DNA of 64,000 nucleotides, taken from NCBI GenBank assembly GCA_021325135.1, contig JAJPHT010000029.1:1-64000 (forward strand), written 5' to 3'. Positions 45,818-55,600 of the stretch are shown here, one piece after another. A program made the position numbers and the translations under genes. Position 1 is the first letter of the stretch, and each line of letters begins with the position of its first letter. The notes under the pieces were generated by a model. It made no database searches. It was not told where the DNA came from and worked only from the letters and a program-made list of their open reading frames with translations. The DNA is from Pseudomonadota bacterium. Lineage in GTDB: Archaea; Thermoplasmatota; SW-10-69-26; JACQPN01; JAJPHT01.

Positions 45818-46978
45818 TCAGCGGCTCGCGGGCAGCCCGATGCTCTTCGCGATGACCATGCGCTGGACCTCGCTGGAGCCCTCGCCGATCTCGCAGAGCT
45901 TGATGTCGCGCCAGTGGCGCTCCACGGGGTAGTCCGTGGTGTAGCCGTTGCCGCCGAGGACCTGGATGCACTCGGTGGCGGCGCGCATGGCGGCCTCGCT
46001 GGCGTAGAGCTTGCCCATGCTGGCGGCGCTGCTGAAGTCGCGCCCCTGGTCCTTCAGCCACGCGGCGCGCAGCAGGAGAAGGCGCGCGGCGTCAAGCTCC
46101 GTCGCCATGGTGGCGAGCTTGAACTGGATGGCCTGGAAGCTGCCGATGGGCTTCCCGAACTGCTGGCGCTCCTTGGCGTAGGCCAGCGCGGTCTCGTAGG
46201 CGCCCTGCGCCATGCCCAGCGCCAGCGAGCCGATGGCGATGCGGCCCGCGTCCAGCGTCTTCATGGCGCCGGTGAACCCCTTGCCGAGGCCCGCGGGGCC
46301 GCCGAGAAGCTGCGAGTCGGGGACCCAGCAGTCGTCCAGGAAGACCTGCGACGTGGCGCTGCCGTGGAGGCCCAGCTTGTGCTCCAGCTTGCCCAGCGTG
46401 AGCCCCTTGGTGCCCTTCTCGACGACGAAGGCGCTGATGCCCTTGGCGCCGGCGGCGGGGTCCGTCTTCGCCATGATGGTGAACGTGCTCGCGAAGTGGC
46501 CGTTGGTGAGGAACACCTTCTGGCCGTTGAGCTTCCACCCGTCGCCCTCCCGCGTGGCGATGGTGCGCAGCGAGGCCGCGTCGCTGCCGCTGGTGGGCTC
46601 GGTCAGGCCCCAGCCGCCCCAGTGCTCGCCGCTGGCCAGCTTCGGAAGATAACGCTGCTTCTGCTCGTGCGTCCCCATGATGTTGATGTGGGACGAGCCG
46701 AGGCCGCAGTGCGCGGCGAACGTGATGCCCACGCTGCCGTTCACCCGCGAGAGCTCCTGGATGGCGAGGTTGTAGCTGATGGCGTCGAGCCCCGTGCCGC
46801 CGTACTCCGTGGGGATCGTCATGCCGGCGAGGCCAAGCTCGGCGGCCTTCTTGAGCACGGAGGAGGTCCAGACGCCCTTCTCCTCGATGAGGTCGATCTC
46901 GGGCGCGACCTCCTTCTCGGCGAACTCGCGGACCATCTTCTGGATGGCCTTCTGGTCCTCAGTGAGCTCGAACTCCAT
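45818..46978 (-). CDS. acyl-CoA dehydrogenase
   Basis: LTEPTSGSD, LNGQKVFLTNG, KLGLHGS, RQQFGKPI..FQAIQ, QVLGGNGY, IGEGSSEVQR. Confidence 0.96.
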   Translation of the reverse strand: MEFELTEDQKAIQKMVREFAEKEVAPEIDLIEEKGVWTSSVLKKAAELGLAGMTIPTEYGGTGLDAISYNLAIQELSRVNGSVGITFAAHCGLGSSHINIMGTHEQKQRYLPKLASGEHWGGWGLTEPTSGSDAASLRTIATREGDGWKLNGQKVFLTNGHFASTFTIMAKTDPAAGAKGISAFVVEKGTKGLTLGKLEHKLGLHGSATSQVFLDDCWVPDSQLLGGPAGLGKGFTGAMKTLDAGRIAIGSLALGMAQGAYETALAYAKERQQFGKPIGSFQAIQFKLATMATELDAARLLLLRAAWLKDQGRDFSSAASMGKLYASEAAMRAATECIQVLGGNGYTTDYPVERHWRDIKLCEIGEGSSEVQRMVIAKSIGLPASR

Positions 46979-47276
46979 GGCTTCGCGAAGCTGGGCGGGG
47001 GTCAAAAAGGTTCTCGCGATCCGGGGCGCGGACCCGTCTCTTGGCCCACGCTGGCCCCTCGGGCTTGCCTTGGCACGGCCGGGTCCGGCCATGCGGTGCG
47101 CCACCCCTTTGGGTGTGGCTCCTCAGCCTAAGGGCGCTCGGCCCGAGCCCTCACCGGCTTCGATCCCCTCGCGATTGAGAAGCGACCTCCAAGAAACTCC
47201 GCTGCTGTTATCTTCTTGATCGGCGTTGGGGCCAGCGGGTTGTTTGTCGCTCCCTTTGGTGGACGGTGAAACCTTC

Positions 47277-48017
47277 ATGGCTTACAGTTTCCTTCCTCGC
47301 CTCATGGCCGCCTTCGCGATTCTCGCCACGCTGGGCGGCGTCGCGTTGCCCGCCCAGGCGGCCCTCGTCTACTCGCCTTGCCTCTCGTACCTGGACCAGG
47401 GCGTTGCGCCGCGCGCCGCGTCCCCCTCCCCCACCGCGCGCTGCCTGGGCGACACGCAACCCGGCAGCGCCGGCACGGCGCCCATTCCCGACGATGAGTA
47501 TCTCGACGCGGCAAGCGGCATCGTCTACCGCTCAACGCCCACGGGCCTGGAGCCCATCGGCGCCGGCGTCGAGCAGGAGGGCTACGTCGAGCTGCAGACC
47601 TCCTCCGACCTGGACTACTCATGCTCCAGCACCGTCCCCGTGGACGGCTCCCCCTGCGTCTCCTCCGACGTCTGCGGCCACGTCTGCGAGACCGTCCGCG
47701 TCGCGCTCGTGGGCTGCCACCGCGTGAGCCTCGAAGTGACCTTCGTTCCGGCCGTCACGAACTACAACAACGAGGAGACGGTCACGCACGACTATCCGCC
47801 CGGCTGCGCGGCGTCGCCCTTCCTCCCCGTCCCGGAGATCCATTGGGCGGGCCAAGGAAGCCAGGCCGTGACCTCCATCGACGACGCCTGGGACGCCGCG
47901 CCGCCCGGAAACTTGTGCCATCACGCGAACGACAGAGGGGTCCCGTTGACGGTCCAGACGGAAATCCTCGTGGACGGCGTTCGACACGGACTTACGGAAT
48001 TGACTCTGTGCCGGTGA
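47277..48017 (+). CDS. secreted Cys-rich hypothetical protein
   Basis: Signal peptide ending AQA; 10 Cys in the mature part. Confidence 0.72.
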   Translation: MAYSFLPRLMAAFAILATLGGVALPAQAALVYSPCLSYLDQGVAPRAASPSPTARCLGDTQPGSAGTAPIPDDEYLDAASGIVYRSTPTGLEPIGAGVEQEGYVELQTSSDLDYSCSSTVPVDGSPCVSSDVCGHVCETVRVALVGCHRVSLEVTFVPAVTNYNNEETVTHDYPPGCAASPFLPVPEIHWAGQGSQAVTSIDDAWDAAPPGNLCHHANDRGVPLTVQTEILVDGVRHGLTELTLCR

Positions 48018-48021
48018 CTCC

Positions 48022-48597
48022 ATGCGCTCTCTCGTCGTGCTCCTCGCGCTGCTCCTCCTCCTGCCCTTCGTCCAGGCGGGCACGCAGGCGGAGCCCGAGA
48101 TCATGGACAGCCCGCCCGTGCTGGATGCGGCGTATGGGGCGACCCGCGGGGACACGACCCTGGACGCCCCGGAAATCGACCTGGTTGCCGCCTGGTTCAG
48201 CGCGAACGACACGACCGTGGGCGTCACCTGGCAGGTCGTCAACGAGTCCCACCGGCTCCAAGAACGCGAAGTGCAAGGGTTCGGCATGACGTTCCTGTGC
48301 GGAGCAACGCACCTCTACGCCGAGGCCGACCTGGGGGGCCCGTATCGCTCGCCGATCGGCCTGATCACAGGATGGAATGACATCGCGCCCGTGACCGTTG
48401 AGGGCGACTTCATCCACGCGGAGTTCCCCCGCTCGGCGTTCGATGCGTACTCTTGCACGGTGTTGACGCACACGCTCGCGAGCAGCATCCTCGCCATCAG
48501 CACGACGAACCCCAACTTCTGGAGCGGCGGCGGGAACCTCTGGTGGCGCGACCGCGCGCCCGACGTCGGCTTCGGGCGCGACTTCGCGCTGACGTAG
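48022..48597 (+). CDS. secreted hypothetical protein
   Basis: Signal peptide; PEIMD…IDLVAAWF…DRAPDVGFGRDF. Confidence 0.75.
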   Translation: MRSLVVLLALLLLLPFVQAGTQAEPEIMDSPPVLDAAYGATRGDTTLDAPEIDLVAAWFSANDTTVGVTWQVVNESHRLQEREVQGFGMTFLCGATHLYAEADLGGPYRSPIGLITGWNDIAPVTVEGDFIHAEFPRSAFDAYSCTVLTHTLASSILAISTTNPNFWSGGGNLWWRDRAPDVGFGRDFALT

Positions 48598-48639
48598 CCC
48601 ACCGAAACGCTCATCCCGGCCCGCAATGTCGGCGTCCCT

Positions 48640-49563
48640 GTGGAGCCGGCCATCGTCGCGCGGGGGCTCGTGAAGCACTACGGCGACGTGGAGGCGGTGC
48701 GCGGCATCGACTTCGAGGTGCCCACGGGGACCGTGTTCGGCTTCCTGGGGCCCAACGGCGCGGGGAAGTCGACGACCATCCGCATGATCCACGGTCTCGC
48801 GCCGCGCACGGCGGGGCGCCTTGACGTGCTGGGGATGGACATCGCGACGCATGGGCGCCAGATCAAGAGGCGCATCGGCGTGGTCCCCCAGGAGAACAAC
48901 CTGGACAACGACATGACCACCCGCGAGAACCTGCTGGTCTTCGGGCGCTTCTTCGACATCACCGGCGCGCGGCTTCGCGACCGCGTCGACGAGCTTCTGG
49001 CCTACGTGCATCTCACGGAGAAGGCGGACGCGCGGGCGGAGGACCTCTCGGGCGGCATGAAGCGACGGTTGCACATCGCGCGCGCCCTGGTCAACGATCC
49101 TGAGCTTCTCATCCTGGATGAGCCCACGACCGGGCTCGACCCGCAGAGCCGCGCCCTCCTCTGGGAGCGCATCCGCGCGCTGCGCCGCGAGGGGCGCACC
49201 ATCCTCCTGACCACGCACTACATGGACGAGGCCGAGAAGCTCAGCGACGACGTGGCCATCATCGACGGGGGGCGCATCATCGAGCGCGGCGCGCCCGCGG
49301 CGCTGGTGCGCAAGCACGTCGGGCGCGAGGTGCTGGAGGTGCGCATGCCCGCGCAGGGCGACGCGAGGGTGCTGGCGCGCGCGGGGAGCGCCGCGCTCCA
49401 CCACGAGCGCGTGGGGGACGAGCTTCGCCTTTTCGGCGAGAAGGGGGAGCCCCTGCTGGAGCACGTCCACGCCGCGGGCGTCGAGCCGGAGGGGCACGTC
49501 GTCCGGCGGGCGACGCTGGAGGACGTGTTCTTGAAGCTCACCGGCCGCGGGCTGAACGATTGA
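48640..49563 (+). CDS. ABC-2/NodI-DrrA-type exporter ATP-binding subunit
   Basis: GPNGAGKST, LSGGM, LILDEPTTGLD, TTHYMDEA, TLEDVFLKLTG. Confidence 0.95.
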   Translation: MEPAIVARGLVKHYGDVEAVRGIDFEVPTGTVFGFLGPNGAGKSTTIRMIHGLAPRTAGRLDVLGMDIATHGRQIKRRIGVVPQENNLDNDMTTRENLLVFGRFFDITGARLRDRVDELLAYVHLTEKADARAEDLSGGMKRRLHIARALVNDPELLILDEPTTGLDPQSRALLWERIRALRREGRTILLTTHYMDEAEKLSDDVAIIDGGRIIERGAPAALVRKHVGREVLEVRMPAQGDARVLARAGSAALHHERVGDELRLFGEKGEPLLEHVHAAGVEPEGHVVRRATLEDVFLKLTGRGLND

Positions 49564-49693
49564 GCGCGTCCGGCAAAGCCCCTCAAAGTTCCCGGCAAAG
49601 CGCCTCAGGAAAGGACATCTAACCTCGCACGACGTGGGGCACCATCCTCCAGGCCAGCGCGGCTGGACGGAGGTCACCGGAGGCTCCGCCCCC

Positions 49694-52600
49694 ATGTCCA
49701 GGAAGCTACTGATCCTGCTCCTCGTCTCGTTGACGCTCTCTGCTGTCGCGTATGCGGCCATCCCCTCGGGGCGGTCGCAGACGCTCCCGGCGGCCGGCCA
49801 CTTTGAAGGCATGCCGGCCAACCCCGGCTTCCTCCCCGCAGGCGCGGTGGAGAAGGTCGACGCGCGCACCCAGGACTCCAAGACCTACGACCTGCCCAAC
49901 GGGCAGCGCCTGACGATCGTCTCCCAGAGCCCGCTGCACTACAAGGCCGCGGACGGCTCGTGGGCCGACATCGACTCGACGCTCCTCCCCACCGCCAACG
50001 GGTTCGAGGACGCGAAGAACCTCATGCGCACCACGGTGGGCCTCGACGGCTCCGTGACCATCGTGGCCCCCCTGGGCTCCCTCGCCCAGGCGCCCCTCCA
50101 GATGGCCACGCGCACGTCCGCCGGCGTCGTCCTGGGCTCCATCCCCGCCGCGGCGCCCGTCGTCTCCGTCTCCGGCGCCGTCGCCACCGCCGCGGGCCTC
50201 TACCCCTCCGGCAACGGCCTGACCACCGTCGAGCGCGGCGTCGTCCGCCACGACCTCGTGCTCGCCGCGGCCCCCGCGCTCCAGCACCCCGCCGGCTCCG
50301 TCCTGGCGGTCGAGGAGACGCTCACCGTCCCCGCGGGCCTCCTCCCCTACGCCGAGGGCAAGCTCCAGGTGGCCGACTTCGTCACCTCCGGCGGCATCGT
50401 CTTCAAGACCGCCGACGGCAAGGAGGCGTTCACCATCCTGCCCGCGACCGCCCGCGACGCCAGCGTCGCCACCGGCCTCGTGGACCCGCAGAACCCCGGC
50501 TTCGTGACCGCCCAGCTGCGCCTTACGCACGCCCTGACCGGCTACGTCCTCTCCACGGAGATCCCCGCCGACTGGCTCTACGCCTCGGGCCGCGCGTTCC
50601 CCGTCACCATCGACCCCGACACCGCCCTCTACTCCGACGTCTACGAGGCCATCGGCCTCGTGCAGCACCACCAGCTGCTCGGCAACCTCGGCTGCCCCCA
50701 GGCGCAGTGCAACTACATCGAGGTGGGCGACGACCAGGACGACTCGGCGTATTCGTTCTCGTGCTTCTGCTATCCCGACACGCAGTACCGCACGATCCTG
50801 CGCGAGTCCCTCGCCCCGCCTTCGATCCCCAACACGGCCTACAAGATCAACTACGTGAAGAGCTGGTACAACCAGAACCTCCAGTCCGGCAACGTCGGCA
50901 CCATCAACCTCTACTTCGACTCCGTGGACAGCTGGGACCCCAACCTCGTGAACTGGGGCAACCAGCCCACCACGTCGACGCTGCTGGGCAGCTACACCCA
51001 CAACACCGGCAACCAGCAGAACTGGTGGGAGTTCGCCGACTGGTCCTCCACGGGCGTCACCACCCTGCAGGGCGAGGTCAACAGCCTCTACGACAGCTCG
51101 ACCTTCATGAAGGGCGACAACCAGATCTCCTACACGATGAAGGCCGCCCAGGAGGGCCGCGTCGACAGCAACGACTGGGTCAGCTACTGGCGCACCGGCA
51201 GCGGCGCGCCCCTCATCGAGATCGGCTACTCCTACGACAGCACGGCGCCCACGACGCAGTCCAGCATTGCCAGCGGCGCGAGCCAGATCAACGCTCCCTG
51301 GTACGTGAGCACCGCCCCCCAGGTCATCCTCTCGTGCAGCGACTCCGAGTCGGGCTGCTCCCAGACGCAGTACAGCCTCAACGGCGGCAGCTGGACCACC
51401 TACTCGGGCCAGTTCTCCGTCACGGCGCAGGGCACCAACACGATCCTCTACAAGTCCAAGGACCACATCGGCAACTGGGAGTCCCAGAAGTCGATGACCG
51501 TCCAGTGGGACAACGTCGCGCCCGTGACGACCCTCAGCCTCTCGGGCACGCTGGGCTCCAACTCGTGGTACACCTCCAGCGTGACCGCGACGCTGAGCGC
51601 CTCCGACGCGACCTCGGGCGTGAAGACGATCACGTACACGCTTGACGGCGGCGCCGCCACGACCTACACCACCCCCATCACCATCGGCTCGGACGGCACG
51701 CACACGCTCCAGTACTGGAGCAGCGACAACGCGGGCAACTTCGACTCGACGCGCACGGCCACCATCAAGGTGGACCGCACCGCGCCCACCGCGTCGCAGA
51801 CCAACTCGTGCGCCGTGGGCTACTTCGGGACGTGGTGCCGCGGCTCCGTGAGCCTCACCGGCTCCGCCTCCGACGCCACCTCGGGCGTCGCCAGCGGCTC
51901 CCCCGTGTGCAAGCTCGACAACGTCGCCGTCTCGTGCTCCACCAGCGCCAGCTCCGAAGGCTCGCACACGTGGACCGTGACCGCGACGGACAACGCGGGC
52001 CTCTCGTCGACCCCCGCCAGCGCGAGCTTCGGCGTCGACACCGTGGCCCCCTCCACCACCAACAGCGTGGGCTCGGGCGCGGTCCTGGGCAGCAACGGCT
52101 GGTACCGCTCCAGCGTGGTCATCACGCTGGCGGGCTCCGACGCCACCTCCGGCGTCATGAAGACGATGTACCAGCTCAACGGCGGCGCGTGGACGCAGTA
52201 CTCCTCCCCCATCACCATCTCGGGCCAGGGGACCAACACGCTGAACTACTACAGCCTCGACAACGCCAACAACCAGGAGTCGCAGAAGACCGCCTCGTTC
52301 AAGATCGACACCGGCAACCCCAGCACGACGGCCTCGCCCTCGGGCACCGTCGGCTCCGCCGGCTGGTACCACAGCGCGGTCACCGTGACGCTCGCCGCGT
52401 CTGACGCCACCTCCGGCGTCTCGGGCACGTTCTACCGCATCGCGGGCGGCTCGCAGCAGACCTACGCCACGCCCTTCTCGGTGAGCGCCGAGGGCACGAC
52501 CAACGTCGACTACTGGTCCACCGACCAGGCCGGCAACACCGAGTCGACCCACACGCTCCCCGTGAAGATCGACACCGTGCCCCCGACCACCGCCATCACG

Positions 52601-55600
52601 CTGGGCGGCACCATCGGCGGCAACAGCTACTTCACGACGCCCGTCCACGTGACGCTCTCGGGCAGCGACGCCACCTCCGGCGTCGCCTCCTCGTGGTACC
52701 GCCTCAACGGCGGCGCGTGGACGCAGTACTCCGCGCCCTTCGACGTCAACAACCAGGGCTCGACGACCATCGACTACTACTCCATCGACGTGTCGGGCAT
52801 CTCGGAGACGCCGCAGACGCGCACGTTCCTGGAGGACACCTCCAAGCCCGTCACCACCGCCTCGACGTCCTGCCCCGCGGGCATGGGCGGCTCGTGGTGC
52901 CGCGGCGCGGTCACCGTGACGCTCGCCGCCACGGACGCGACCTCGGGCCTGCAGTCCACCAGCTACCGCGTCAACGGCGGCGCCGTCCAGACCTACTCGG
53001 CGCCCATCTCCGTGAGCGCGGAGGGCTCGACGAGCATCGACTACTGGTCCACGGACAACGCCGGCAACGTGGAGCCGACCCACACGACCACCGTGCAGAT
53101 CGACACGCAGGCGCCCACCACGGTCGCCTCCAAGACCGGCACGCTGGGCAACAACGGCTGGTACACCGGCGACGTGACCGTGACCCTCTCGGCCACGGAC
53201 CCCGCGCCGGGCAGCGGCGTCGCGTCGACGCTCTACAAGGTCAACGGCGGTACGCAGCAGACGTACGCCTCGCCCTTCCCCGTCTCGGCGGAGGGCTCCA
53301 ACACCGTGACCTACTGGTCGACCGACGCGGCGGGCAACGTGGAGTCCCAGAAGACGCTCACGTTCTCCATCGACAAGTCGAACCCCGTCACGACCTCCGG
53401 CGCGGCCCCCGCCGCGAACGGCAAGAACGGCTGGTACACCGGCGTCACGGTGGTCTACAGCGTGAGCTGCGCGGACTCCGTGTCCGGCTGCCAGCGCAGC
53501 GAGTACTCCGTCGACGGCGGCGCGTGGCAGCCCTATGACGCCGCCAACAAGCCGCAGTCCACGCAGGACGGCACGCACACCTTCGACTCCCGCTCCTTCG
53601 ACAACGCGGGCCGGGAAGGGGACGCCGCGCGCCTCACCGTGAAGATCGACAGCACGCAGCCCACCACCACGCTCGCGTCGTCCTGCACCATGGGCAACGC
53701 GGGCTGGTGCGTCGGCCCCGCCACGCTCACCGCCACGGTCACCGACCCCGTGAGCGGCGCGGGCGCCATCAGCTACGGCACGTCCAGCACGGGCCCGTGG
53801 ACCCCCTACGACCCCGCCAACAAGCCCGTCGTCTCCGCCAACGGCCAGTACACCTACTGGGCGCGCGGCGAAGACCAGGCCGGCAACGCGGCGCTGGCGA
53901 GCAACGCGTTCAAGATCGACGTGACGGGCCCCAACGCCGTCGCGACGGTCGTGTCCGGCACGACGGGCACCAACGGCTGGTACGTCAGCAGCGTCGTCGT
54001 GGCGCTCAACGCCAACGACAACACCGCCACGACGGAGAGCGGCACGGCGTCGGTCCAGTACCGCACGAGCCCCACCGCCGCGTTCACCACCGTCGCCCCC
54101 GGCACGCAGATCACGCTGAGCGCGAACGGCGCGACCGCCCTCGAGCTGCGCGGCGTCGACGTCGCCGGCAACGTGGGCTCGTCCATCACGGTGACGTACA
54201 AGATCGACACCGACATGCCCACGGTAAGCGCCAGCTTCACCACCACGCCGCCCGCGAGCGGCTGGTGGAGCGCCTGCCCGAGCCCCGTGCTCACCGGCAC
54301 GGACCCCACGAGCGGCGTCGCGGCCATGTTCTACCGCCTCGACGGCGGCGTGTGGGTCCAGTACAGCGGCCCCATCGCGGCCATCTGCCAGACGGGCATC
54401 CACACCATGGACGCCTACGCCAAGGACAACGCGGGCAACGTCGGCTCCACCGTCACGACCACCATCAAGGTGGACCGCAACCCGCCCACGTGCAGCGAGA
54501 CGCTGGTCACCGGCACGCCCGGGCAGAACGGCTGGTACACGTCCGCGGCGACCGTCCGCGTCGACGCCTCCGACGGCGCCGGCGAGAGCGGCCTCCAGGG
54601 CACGTGGTACACCGTCACGACCGATGGCACCCAGACCGTCGTCTCCCAGGTCATCACGCCTGGCAACACGTTCAGCATGAGCAGCCAGGGCACCAACGTC
54701 GTGACGTGCCAGGCGAAGGACGTCGCCGGCAACACCGGCAACGGCCCCTCGCTCACGGTGCCCATCGACACCACCGTCCCGACGATCTCCATCAGCGTGG
54801 CGCCCCTGCCCATCCAGACGGGCTGGATCCACGGCTGCGCGAACGCCACCTTCAGCGCGTCCGACGCGGTGAGCGGCGTGGCGAACGTCTTCTGGAAGCT
54901 GGACGGCGGCGCGTTCACGACGGGCGCCTTCCCCATGGTCTGCGCCCCCGGCACGCACACGGTGAACGCCTACTCGCAGGACCGCGCGGGCCTCGTCTCC
55001 ACGACGGCGACCGCGACGTTCAAGCTGGACAACGACCCGCCCTCGTGCACCGTCGCCCTGACGACGCAGCCCAACGGCCTCAACGGCTGGTACGTGTCGG
55101 ACCCCCAGTTCGCGCTGGGCGCCTCCGACCCGGCGGGCGGCAGCGGCGTCTCGGACCTGCAGTACACCATCGCGACGGGCGGCCAGATCACGAAGCCGTG
55201 GACCTCGGTGGCCGTCACCGGCGCCACGGTGACGCTGACCGCCGAGGGCAGCAACGTGATCTCGTGCCAGTCGCACGACGCGGCCGGCTGGGACAGCCCC
55301 ATCCTCACGGCCTCCGCCAAGCTCGACACCGTTGCGCCCGCGTCCACCGCGACGCCCAGCGGCCAGATGGGCCAGAGCGGCTGGTACGTGACCTGCCCCA
55401 CCGTCACCCTCGCGGCGACGGATGCCACGAGCGGCGTCAACCGCATCGTCTACAACGTCGACGGCTCCGTGCAGGTGACCTACTCCGCGCCCTTCCAGGT
55501 GTGCGGCGACGGCACGCACACGGTCCAGTACTACGCGTTCGACAACGCGGGCAACCAGGAGACCACGCGCACGCTGAGCCTCAAGGTGGACACCCACGCG

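Noticed and set aside
131-47131. Numerous overlapping Arg/Gly/Pro-rich ORFs in the track (e.g. 131-1243, 7239-9557, 18649-21495, 41471-45349)
   Set aside because: Alternate-frame or antisense artefacts of high GC content, overlapping genes with clear family motifs.
47095-47175. tRNA-like fragment (GGCTTCGATCCCC), with a loosely similar stretch at ~150-200
   Set aside because: No cloverleaf, D-arm or acceptor stem can be built; at most small intergenic hairpins.
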